32,000 bases of DNA from Dickeya dadantii NCPPB 898 (GTDB lineage Bacteria; Pseudomonadota; Gammaproteobacteria; Enterobacterales; Enterobacteriaceae), in contig NZ_CM001976.1 in NCBI RefSeq assembly GCF_000406145.1, positions 837,260 to 869,259 of the forward strand, written 5' to 3'. A model generated the notes under the pieces. That model did not search any database. It was not told the DNA's origin and was given only the letters and a program-made list of their open reading frames with translations. Positions within the stretch are counted from its first letter, which is position 1, and the number at the start of each line of letters is the position of its first letter. The translations under genes and the position numbers were made by a program. Of the stretch, positions 7,363 to 15,314 are shown one piece after another.

Positions 7363-7872
7363 ATGTCACAACCCACGTTCTCTTTGTTGACCGCGCCACT
7401 GCTGGTGCGGGATACACACGGGCTTTATCTGCCGGCGACGACTGAGCAAATCTTGCTGGCGGCACGTCAGGCCATAGACTGCAAAATGCCTTTAGGCACG
7501 GAGTTCACGTCAGCGAGCCAGACCCAGGCGTACCTGTGCGCCAAGCTGGCCGGGTTTGAGCGCGAAGTGTTCGCGGTGCTGTTTCTCACGACACGACACC
7601 GCCTCATTGAGTATGCCGAACTGTTTTACGGCACCCTTGCTACCACTGCGGTGTACCCGCGCGAAATCGTCAGAAAAGCGCTGAGCTGCAATGCCGCGGC
7701 GGTGATCCTGGCGCACAATCACCCGAGTGGAAATACGGAGCCGAGTCAGGCCGACCTGATGCTGACGCGCCGGGTCAGTGCGGCGCTGGCACTGGTGGAC
7801 GTGCGGGTTCTGGATCACATCATTGTGGGCGGTAATGACACGTTGTCATTTGCTGAACGGGCATTACTGTGA
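7363..7872 (+). CDS. radC: RadC-like JAB-domain protein
   Basis: Contains the JAMM motif AHNHPSG..EPSQAD and the C-terminus LDHIIVG. The start is at ATG 7363 with GGAG upstream, and a strong terminator follows. Confidence 0.85.
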   Translation: MSQPTFSLLTAPLLVRDTHGLYLPATTEQILLAARQAIDCKMPLGTEFTSASQTQAYLCAKLAGFEREVFAVLFLTTRHRLIEYAELFYGTLATTAVYPREIVRKALSCNAAAVILAHNHPSGNTEPSQADLMLTRRVSAALALVDVRVLDHIIVGGNDTLSFAERALL

Positions 7873-7876
7873 CCGT

Positions 7877-7898
7877 GGGGGCGTGAGCCCCCTTTTTT
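7877..7898 (+). terminator. Rho-independent terminator after radC
   Basis: GGGGGC (7877-7882), loop GTGA, GCCCCC (7887-7892), then T6 (7893-7898). Confidence 0.75.
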
Positions 7899-8467
7899 GC
7901 GGTGGCCTGCCCCTGACTGGATACCCCGTCATTCGGCGCAGCGCTGTGACTCGCCATGATGTGCTGCATCAGGTTGTGTGGCCGTGCATCGTCCCCGACA
8001 CTGGTGATCGACTGCCGTAAGGTCGTGAAGGCGGCGTGGCCGATATGCCGGCAGCCTGGCTACGACGTTGCGTTGCGTGATGACTTCTGCCGTTGCCCGG
8101 TGAGGTAAGGTGCTGTCGCCCGTCATGGGAACAGCGTGAGGCTGACACTGGCGTGGCGAATCGGTAACGCCGTTGTGTCGGTCAGGTGCGTTAGTCATGG
8201 TGCCTTTCGGGAGCGGTAGGGCCATACGTCCTTGTGTCGTTGTGAATCCTGACGGGTGGCACGGCTACGCCTCGGGCCTGATGGCCGCAACCAGCAAGCA
8301 CCAGCAATGTCCCCGGCGCCAGCGCCTTCCTCGCGCAGCAAATTCCTGGCGTTTGCTGGTCCTTCACGGTGTTACGGCCGCAGGTGCGGCCAGCCCGGTC
8401 CCCGTCTGTCGGCTCACAACAAGGACGCGATGGCGCGACCTTGATGAACCCGAAAGGAGAAATGATC

Positions 8468-8780
8468 ATGGCTAACATCGGCACCTTCACCGCCCAGACA
8501 AACGGTTTTACCGGCACGGTTCACACCCTGACCCTTAACGTCAAGGTGAAGTTTGTTCCCAATGACCGAAGCGGCGACAGCGTCCCACGATTACCGCATC
8601 CAGACGGCAGGCGGTTACGACATCGGCGCAGCGTGGAAAAAAATCAGCCAGGCCGAACGGCCTTACCTGTCGGTCACGCTCGATGACCCGTCCCTTCCGG
8701 CGACCATTTACGCCCGCCTGATCGAGGACGATGACGGCACCTATAACCTGATTTGGTCGCGCAGCAAAGCGACGGTTTAA
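8468..8780 (+). pseudogene. DUF736-family gene with a frameshift (or a sequencing error)
   Basis: The N-terminal half [37 protein letters not shown] is in one frame (AAGGAG upstream). The C-terminal half [60 protein letters not shown] is in another. The switch is near 8579-8585. Joined together they have typical DUF736 length and pattern. Confidence 0.7.
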
Positions 8781-8948
8781 CGAAAACACAGCACCCCGCC
8801 GAATGGCGGGGTAGCCACCGGTAGAGAATGGGCCACACCATCGGCTTTTCCGCTCAACGCCAAGCGGACATGGCAGACCCTGATCGGGTATTGCGGCATA
8901 TGTGGGATGTGCTGCGGTCGAGGATAGTGAAGGGAAAAGCCTGTCCGC

Positions 8949-9075
8949 GATTCTGTGTAATCAGACGGACGGTGGTTACGATGTAGATGCTGTGCGGAAA
9001 AAATCAGCTAGATCGAACCGTTCTATAATCTCGGTAACCCTCAATGAGCTATCTCTATTACGCCCATGAACATGC
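8949..9075 (+). pseudogene. Decayed fragment of a second DUF736 copy
   Basis: By eye this aligns with 8589-8730: shared blocks are CAGACGG, GGTTACGA, GGAAAAAAATCAGC, TCGGT, ATTACGCCC. It contains stop codons. It ends exactly where the AT-rich cargo begins. Confidence 0.5.
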
Positions 9076-9148
9076 TACCTACAGCCAATTAGCGAAATGC
9101 TGTTGCTTACCGTTGATTTATAAAGAGCCAACACAGCTAATTTAAAAA

Positions 9149-9784
9149 TTATTTTTCCATAAATAATCCATACGGATTTAGATAGCCTACATAGGTCGGT
9201 TTTTTTTTGTAATGAGTTGTATTGCAAGACCACCTTAAGGCGGAATAACCAGCCATAATTCGATGTCCAACCCATCTTTCATCGATCAATTTAAAACCGC
9301 TTGGTTTATTCAAAAGTAATAAACTGCCCATGAATTTTATCCATTCATGATTTTTTATTAACCTGTTTCCATAAGCATGGAAAGACCTACCGCTATTAAA
9401 AATGTAAAAGCTTAAATTCCAATGGGATGCTAAGTCTCTTAGTGGTGTGCTATCAATTATACCTCTATCAACATTACCAAAATCGATTAATGGAATGTGA
9501 TGTTCCGAGCCAAAGTCAAAAAGTTGTGAATGGAGTGCTAACTCTTCACCATGTTGTAAATTTGCTATCATATCTAATAAAGTTTGTTCGTTAAGTTGCC
9601 ATATCGGTAGGCTAAAAATATATCTCTCATCAGTAAAGCTTTGAGGTAAATAACGGTACTTACTAAATGTAAGAGAAATGCTACTAGACACGACACTATT
9701 CTTTATCTGGGTTTCTATAAGATTAGTCACCCATAATATTGGATGCCTACTAAAAAATGGATAATTTGTTAGTAATTCGTTCAT
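9149..9784 (-). CDS. Hypothetical protein, partner of the dGTPase; weak archaeo-eukaryotic primase (AEP)/PrimPol-like motif pattern
   Basis: A 211-aa ORF whose ATG lies 5 nt after the dGTPase stop. Motif-like strings are HIPLIDFGNVD, FNSGRSFHAYG and KLIDERW. It is AT-rich like the dGTPase gene. Confidence 0.75.
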   Translation of the reverse strand: MNELLTNYPFFSRHPILWVTNLIETQIKNSVVSSSISLTFSKYRYLPQSFTDERYIFSLPIWQLNEQTLLDMIANLQHGEELALHSQLFDFGSEHHIPLIDFGNVDRGIIDSTPLRDLASHWNLSFYIFNSGRSFHAYGNRLIKNHEWIKFMGSLLLLNKPSGFKLIDERWVGHRIMAGYSALRWSCNTTHYKKKPTYVGYLNPYGLFMEK

Positions 9785-9789
9785 TTTAT

Positions 9790-11298
9790 TTATACCTTTA
9801 TACCTTTAAGCATATGATACATTTCCATTGCAAATTGATCTGTCATGCCGGAAACAAAATCAACTATAAGGTGGACGCGAAGTTTCCATTCGATAGTACT
9901 ATCAATTGACTCTAATCTGTTTTTGATTTTTTCTTCAGAATAACCAGGGTCATTTAATGGCAAATCTAATAAAGATGTTTTATATGCATTGAGATGCTTA
10001 GAAGGAAGCCTGTTGAATAAGCGTCTTTGAATGTCTAAATTGTTTTTTCTGATTTTTTTGTTATCTTTTGTTAATAGGAGTGAAAAATCGTTTTTTGAAA
10101 GTGATAATAATTGTAAGTATTCATCCAATATCCCTTTTATTATAGAAAATCCTGATAACTCCATTCTTTCGGCTTCTTCAGAGGTGAATAAGTATTGAGA
10201 TGTATAATCTTTAAGGATTTTCAATAGATTGTATTCGAAATCTGATTCTGAAATTAATTCTTTATTATATTGTGATTTTATAAGGCTGTCATATTTTTCC
10301 ACAAAGCGAAGAGCAACTTGTTCTACGAGATAATTAGAGAGCTTTGTTTTAAAAGATAAAAAACTACCAATCGGTGAGTTCGGAGTAACAGATAAACTGT
10401 TAATTAATTCTTCGCATATTTTTTCTTGTTTGGGGATGGAATTTTTGAGATCTGAAAGTTTTTTGGTTGTAAATTCTTTGAAGTTTTCAAAAGAAATTAT
10501 TTTTTTCTCTATACCATCTTCAATGTCGCTTATGCAATAAGATATGTCATCTGAAGCCTCCATTAAAAAACCCAGAGGGTGTCTTGAATTAGGTGGCATG
10601 TCAAGGCTTTTCCAAGCTCCTTCTATTATATTCTTTTCGCTGCAGAAGTATCCGATTTTTTTACTAAATGGTTTTTCGGAATTAATGCTTTTAGGACAAA
10701 ATGTATACTTAAGGAAGGCAGCTAGTTGTGTATATGTTAAATTGAGTCCATAATATCCGTCCTCTCCCTGTAAGCGAGTTATAACTCTCAGACCCTGAGG
10801 GTTGCCGTCAAAATTATTTATATCACAAAGTAAATCATCAAATTCTTCATTATTTAATTCTTTATTTATTGATGTTTTAATTGATTTTTTTATTTCGTCA
10901 GATTTACTCCACTTTACTATTGCGGACTCACCAAAGTGACCAAAAGGTGGATTGCCAATATCATGCATTAAACATGCGGTTTCTACAATATTGGAAATTG
11001 TTAGGTTGTTTTTCATCCAGAGGTTTTTTATTGAACTATCGATTCTATCGGCTGCTAATATTTTTTCAAAAATAGAGGCTACTAAATAGCGGCCTATATG
11101 TGAAACTTCGATTGAGTGGGTCAAGCGAGAACGAACAGAAGAATTACTTTCTAATGAGAATACTTGAGCTTTCTGCTGTAATCGTCTAAAAGCTGCAGAA
11201 TATATTAACCTTGCTCGATCACTTTGAGTGGCTGCAAGAATTGATGAGTGATCTGCACTAGACTTTCTATATCTATCCGTTTTAATTAATTTATCCAT
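9790..11298 (-). CDS. dGTP triphosphohydrolase-family HD-domain protein (Dgt-like)
   Basis: A 502-aa ORF containing SDRARLIYSAAFRRLQQKAQVF, RSRLTHSIEVSHIGR and CLMHDIGNPPFGHFGE, the canonical dGTPase-family motifs. GGAG lies upstream of the ATG. Confidence 0.9.
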   Translation of the reverse strand: MDKLIKTDRYRKSSADHSSILAATQSDRARLIYSAAFRRLQQKAQVFSLESNSSVRSRLTHSIEVSHIGRYLVASIFEKILAADRIDSSIKNLWMKNNLTISNIVETACLMHDIGNPPFGHFGESAIVKWSKSDEIKKSIKTSINKELNNEEFDDLLCDINNFDGNPQGLRVITRLQGEDGYYGLNLTYTQLAAFLKYTFCPKSINSEKPFSKKIGYFCSEKNIIEGAWKSLDMPPNSRHPLGFLMEASDDISYCISDIEDGIEKKIISFENFKEFTTKKLSDLKNSIPKQEKICEELINSLSVTPNSPIGSFLSFKTKLSNYLVEQVALRFVEKYDSLIKSQYNKELISESDFEYNLLKILKDYTSQYLFTSEEAERMELSGFSIIKGILDEYLQLLSLSKNDFSLLLTKDNKKIRKNNLDIQRRLFNRLPSKHLNAYKTSLLDLPLNDPGYSEEKIKNRLESIDSTIEWKLRVHLIVDFVSGMTDQFAMEMYHMLKGIKV

Positions 11299-11327
11299 TT
11301 ATTATCTCCAGAGTTAATTTTGACTCA

Positions 11328-11356
11328 TTATTATTGATTCTGTTTTTTATGTGCAA
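11328..11356 (-). promoter_or_regulatory. Candidate sigma70 promoter of the dGTPase operon
   Basis: On the minus strand: TTGCAC (11351-11356), a 17-nt spacer, then TAATAA (11328-11333), about 30 nt upstream of the ATG. Confidence 0.3.
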
Positions 11357-11680
11357 TTATCTATTGTAGTCGAATAATTCTAACAGAAAAAGTTTTTTTT
11401 GCTACTGCATGATAGATATCTCGTTGGCCAAGTTAAACTCAAGTGGAGTTCTTCCTATAAAGACTGACTCTATGATTAATATCCAAAGTGAGATGATTAA
11501 ATAGCTGTGCGGAATAGTGCTCCACTTTCGGCCAGCTCTTGCAGGGTAAGGCGTTGGAGCTGTTTTCTCTGTCTGGCTGTTCTACATAAGGCCTCGGATG
11601 TGTTGCCCTTACGCAACATGCCACATGTCAGTAAACGGTAGGTGTAGCGGTATTAGCCGCAGCTATTTAGGCTGTGTCCC

Positions 11681-12050
11681 TTAACTTAACAGTCGCTTCA
11701 AAAATAACCGGACAACACCCAGTTTAAGTATACTCAAGTAGTTTCTGGCTGTTCTTTCCGGGCGGGTGGCAATACGGCGATGTTCGTTCAGCCAGGCCAA
11801 GGCTGGGCAAAACAGCGTTCAACGACGTTGCGCTTTTTATACCACCGGATATCGAGTTTTCGCCGTTTCTCCCGGCTGGATTTTTCATTCGACCTGAACG
11901 GAATAACGGTTTTTATTCCTTTTATTGTCAGCTTTAAATCACCTCCTCGAGAGGTGGTGATTGTTTTTAAGATAATAACGTGGCTACTGACTTCGCATTA
12001 CGACAACTTCGATCAGACTCACGGCGCTATCGATCTTAATCGGCATTCTG
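11681..12050 (-). pseudogene. IS5-family transposase 3' remnant, frameshifted
   Basis: Minus-strand translation gives GIKTVIPFRSNEKSSREKRRKLDIRWYKKRNVVERCFAQ. After a frame break it continues NEHRRIATRPERTARNYLSILKLGVVRLFL and then stops (11681-11683). This matches the YKxRNxVERxF...RRIATRY pattern of IS5-family transposases. Confidence 0.55.
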
Positions 12051-12241
12051 CCGTTTGACGCTTATCCCCCTGACTGGAACGGTCATGATCCCGGGTACGG
12101 TTTCGGGTAAGGTCGTAAACGCTGGCGTGACGGGTCATGCCATTAACACCCACTAATGATTTGTATTATCGGCTTCTCTTTTGTCAATGGTCCTTTCAAT
12201 GCCTGTGGTGATGAACACGGTTTCTGACAGGAGAAAGTATC

Positions 12242-13039
12242 ATGACGCCTCATCCCTCCGGGCATTGCCGCCCTATTGCCGCTTACCTTTACGTTTTACA
12301 TCTTGATGGCCCCGCGCTGGCCTGGGAATACCTGCGCCGAAATCCGGATTACCGCTGTGACTGGCTCCACCGCCCGCGTCGGGCCGGTGGAGCCCAACGC
12401 TGGGGCCTACGCCTGTGGGAAGATCCGTCCCTGGATGCGCGTGAGGCGCATCCCGTCTGGTATCCCGACCCTGACAGCGTTGTGCTGCTTTACCCGGATG
12501 CCGACCCACCGCCCGATGCCCCAGTTTTCGCCTTCTGGCACATGCCGGGTCGTCATACGCTGGTGCATGATGGCCGACGTTTACTGCTGTTGACGCGCTG
12601 GCCCGGCGGTTGCCTGCGGCTGGTGTGTGTACCGATGCCGGCTGATGGCATGGCGTATGTCTGTGCCGTCAGGGGCGGTGTGTTGCTGCGTTCCCGTTAC
12701 CGGCCATTAGCGGCCGCGTTGAGTCACGGGGCGGAAAGGCGCAATGCAGTACCGGATAGGATGGTTTGTCCCCGGCCTTCCCCCACCGCATTGCGGGAGT
12801 TACATACCCTGCAGGCGCTGGATGCGTCGCTGGCTGGTGCTTCCTTGCGTGACGTGGCGGCCGGTTTAATGGGCGCGGAGGGCCTTGCTGACGCCTGGCA
12901 CGCGGATAGCGGCCTCCGCTCCCGAGTCCGGCGGCTGGTCTCTCGCGGCAAGCGGCTGATGTGGGGCGGGTATCGCTGTCTTGTTTCCCCGTCCGTGGCT
13001 GGGAAGGGCCGTTCTGTTTCCGGCGCAAAACGGCCCTGA
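12242..13039 (+). CDS. DUF6499/DUF2285-type ICE transfer activator (FseA-like), single fused ORF
   Basis: A 265-aa ORF with AGGAGAA upstream. The N-terminal motif LAWEYLRRNPDYRCDW is the pattern I associate with this family. It sits immediately upstream of the excisionase-HTH and repA, as in Tn4371/ICEMlSym-type cores. Confidence 0.55.
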   Translation: MTPHPSGHCRPIAAYLYVLHLDGPALAWEYLRRNPDYRCDWLHRPRRAGGAQRWGLRLWEDPSLDAREAHPVWYPDPDSVVLLYPDADPPPDAPVFAFWHMPGRHTLVHDGRRLLLLTRWPGGCLRLVCVPMPADGMAYVCAVRGGVLLRSRYRPLAAALSHGAERRNAVPDRMVCPRPSPTALRELHTLQALDASLAGASLRDVAAGLMGAEGLADAWHADSGLRSRVRRLVSRGKRLMWGGYRCLVSPSVAGKGRSVSGAKRP

Positions 13040-13122
13040 GCAGGCGAACGTATTTTTTCGAGACTGTCTCCGTTTGGCTGCGCTGGCGTGGCTGACCCTG
13101 TTGACTACTGGAGGTTGATCCT

Positions 13123-13419
13123 ATGCGCCCTGTTCCTGTTCGCCCTGATGTTGCTGTTGCGGTTACGCCGCAGCCTGCCCGTTCCCCGCAGCCGCCCCGT
13201 TATCTGACCAACGACGAAGCGGCTGCCTATCTGCGATTATCACCGCGCACGCTGGAAAAGCAGCGGGTCATTGGTGGTGGGCCGCGCTTTCGCAAATTTG
13301 GCCGCCGTGTCATGTATGCGGTATCGGATCTGGATAGCTGGGCTAATCAGCACAGCTTTGAAACCACGTCCGATCCTGACTATGCCGAGTACCACTCGGC
13401 CGACAGCCGTGTACGCTGA
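13123..13419 (+). CDS. Excisionase-family (MerR-type) HTH protein, RdfS-like
   Basis: A 98-aa ORF with GGAGG upstream. Core sequence: YLTNDEAAAYLRLSPRTLEKQRVIGGGPRFRKFGRRVMYAVSDLDSWA. Confidence 0.7.
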   Translation: MRPVPVRPDVAVAVTPQPARSPQPPRYLTNDEAAAYLRLSPRTLEKQRVIGGGPRFRKFGRRVMYAVSDLDSWANQHSFETTSDPDYAEYHSADSRVR

Positions 13420-13430
13420 ATGGCGGCGCG

Positions 13431-14258
13431 TTGGCCGCACGTCTGATGTCCGGTTCGCTCGACCTGTTCCAGGCATTGCCGGGACGCATGGCACCGCGCG
13501 ATGCCCGGGATCTGATGGCGTATCCCTTCTTTTCCCTGTCGAAATCACGCCGCACGGTGCCGATCGAGTATGGCATCGGTACCGTGAGGATCCGGGTGGA
13601 AGGTACTGCCGAACAGGGTATTGCCACCATCTGGGACGCCGACATTCTGATCTGGGCGGCCAGCCAAATCGTCGAAGCCCGCGACGCGGGCATTCCGACG
13701 TCACGCCGGATGCGGGCCACGCCCTACGAGATCCTGACTTTTATCGGTCGTGGCACTTCGCAGCGGGACTATCAGCGGCTGAAAGCTGCCCTCGACCGGC
13801 TGCAGTCCACTACTGTTGCCACCTCGATTCGAGCCGAAAGTGGACGGCGGTTACACCGTTTCTCCTGGCTCAACGAATGGCACGAGCGAACCGATACCCG
13901 GGGCATGTCGCTGGGCATCGAGCTGATCCTGCCGGACTGGTTTTACGCCGGTGTTCTCGATGCGGCGCTGGTCCTGACCATCGATTCGGCTTACTTCCGA
14001 CTGACCGGTGGGATCGAGCGCTGGCTGTATCGTCTGGTGCGCAAACATGGCGGCCGACAGGCTGCTGGGTGGCGGTTCGATTTTCGCCATTTGTACCGCA
14101 AATCCGGCAGCGCAGCCCGGTACAGCGATTTCGCCTGCGATCTGCGCACGCTGGTGGCCCGCCAGTCCCTGCCGGGGTATGTGCTCGGTATCGGGCGTTT
14201 GCCGGGAGGCGGGGAGCTACTCACGTTCCGGCCGGTGTCATCCGCAGCACGGGGATAA
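13431..14258 (+). CDS. repA: Replication initiator protein A (RPA family)
   Basis: Contains DLMAYPFFSLSKSRR...GIATIWDADILIWAASQIVEA...YEILTFIGR..S.RDYQRLKAALDRLQST, which fits the RepA family of these ICEs. The start is uncertain: TTG at 13431 or ATG at 13446. Confidence 0.75.
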   Translation: MAARLMSGSLDLFQALPGRMAPRDARDLMAYPFFSLSKSRRTVPIEYGIGTVRIRVEGTAEQGIATIWDADILIWAASQIVEARDAGIPTSRRMRATPYEILTFIGRGTSQRDYQRLKAALDRLQSTTVATSIRAESGRRLHRFSWLNEWHERTDTRGMSLGIELILPDWFYAGVLDAALVLTIDSAYFRLTGGIERWLYRLVRKHGGRQAAGWRFDFRHLYRKSGSAARYSDFACDLRTLVARQSLPGYVLGIGRLPGGGELLTFRPVSSAARG

Positions 14259-14282
14259 CCTGGGAAAAAACGGTGAAGACGG

Positions 14283-14346
14283 TCGTGCTATCAGGCGCAC
14301 GGGCTATCGTGCTATCGAGCGTACCCCCCTCGTGCTATCAGGCGCA
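14283..14346 (+). repeat. Three iteron-like direct repeats TCGTGCTATC(A/G)(G/A)GCG
   Basis: Copies at 14283-14299, 14307-14321 and 14330-14346, spaced 24 and 23 bp apart. They begin 25 bp after the repA stop, in a segment with no credible ORF. Confidence 0.6.
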
Positions 14347-14568
14347 TCGGCGAGCCCGTATCCCGCTGTTGGCGCGGGTTTGGCATCGCGCTAACGGTTC
14401 TAACATAAAAAAACTAACGAATTGTTGGGGACGGCGATACCGGTGGATAACCGGTAAACGGCACGCCCAGACCGCTGGCAGAAAGCCGTGGTTCAACACC
14501 CTGAGTCCTTGCAGGACGGGCGGCAACATCACCGCAAAAGAGCGCGGATGGCAGGAGAACATACCCCG

Positions 14569-15114
14569 ATGAGCATGACACATCACGTCCGGTGGGGATC
14601 GCCTTCACTGTGGCTGGCGGGCCTGTCGTTATCCGGTCTGGTTTCACTGGCCTGGGCAGCGGTGGGGGACGTTACGCCGTATCTGGTCTACAACCCGACG
14701 GACAGTATTGCCCCAGGCTGGTATCGCCTTCAGCCGCTTCGCCCGCCATTGCCACCGCTGTCTGTCGGCAGCGTGGTACTGGTGTCGCCTCCGGTTGAGG
14801 CCGCACTGCTGGCCGCGCAGCGTGGTTACCTGCCAGCGGGAGTGCCACTGCTTAAACCGATTGGGGCTATGGCACCCCAACAGGTGTGTGTTATCGCCGA
14901 CACGGTGCGTATTAACGGCGTGGTTGTGGCTCGCGTGCTGCGGGCCGACCGGCTGGGGCGGCCGTTATCGGCCTGGCCGGGCTGCCGGCACCTGTATCCA
15001 GGCGAGGTGTTCCTGCTGAGCACCACGAACCCGGCATCGTTTGACAGTCGTTATTTTGGACCGGTACCGATGGCCTCTGTGCGGGGAGCGGCACAACCCC
15101 TGCTGACAAGGTAG
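14569..15114 (+). CDS. traF: Conjugative signal peptidase TraF (S26 family-like)
   Basis: An N-terminal TM segment (LWLAGLSLSGLVSLAWAA) is followed by YNPTDSIAPGWY...GEVFLLSTTNPASFDSRYFGPV. It sits between repA and the relaxase. The start is uncertain: 14569, 14548 or 14488. Confidence 0.7.
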   Translation: MSMTHHVRWGSPSLWLAGLSLSGLVSLAWAAVGDVTPYLVYNPTDSIAPGWYRLQPLRPPLPPLSVGSVVLVSPPVEAALLAAQRGYLPAGVPLLKPIGAMAPQQVCVIADTVRINGVVVARVLRADRLGRPLSAWPGCRHLYPGEVFLLSTTNPASFDSRYFGPVPMASVRGAAQPLLTR

Positions 15115-15115
15115 C

Positions 15116-15314
15116 GGCTTACGGCTGAACAGCGCGTCGTGGAATAGACGAAGGGCAGGGCAAGATAAAAGGGGGCGACACGCGGTGACGCCGACATGCC
15201 GTCTGCACACGGGGAAAGGGCGGCACGCATCCGGTGTGCTGGCGTGCTGTGGAACCACTAATTGATTATTAATCATGGCTATTTCCTGTGCTGACAAGTA
15301 GCTGGGAGGAAGTG
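15116..15314 (+). promoter_or_regulatory. traF-relaxase intergenic region, candidate oriT/promoter
   Basis: Bounded by direct repeats TGCTGACAAG(G)TAGC (15101-15115 and 15289-15302). It contains the inverted repeat GCACGC/GCGTGC (15224-15229 / 15242-15247) and the AT palindrome TGATTATTAATCA (15263-15275). Confidence 0.3.

Noticed and set aside
7873-8460. Mutually overlapping ORFs on both strands (7778-8020, 7929-8225, 8173-8475, 8191-8517, 8256-8444)
   Set aside because: None has a ribosome-binding site or protein-like composition (they are Arg/Pro/Cys/Gly-rich). Most likely this is non-coding or fully decayed sequence upstream of the DUF736 gene. I could not identify what it once encoded.
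11780-12058. 92-aa plus-strand ORF and the hairpin ATCACCTCCTCGAGAGGTGGTGAT (11938-11961) followed by Ts
   Set aside because: Both lie antisense to or inside the IS5-family transposase remnant. The ORF has no support, and the hairpin is not positioned after any plus-strand gene.
13271-14572. 433-aa plus-strand ORF overlapping the excisionase-HTH, repA and the iteron gap
   Set aside because: It is in an alternative frame to repA, which has clear family motifs. The sequence is Arg/Pro/Gly-rich with no motifs. It would read through the iteron repeats.
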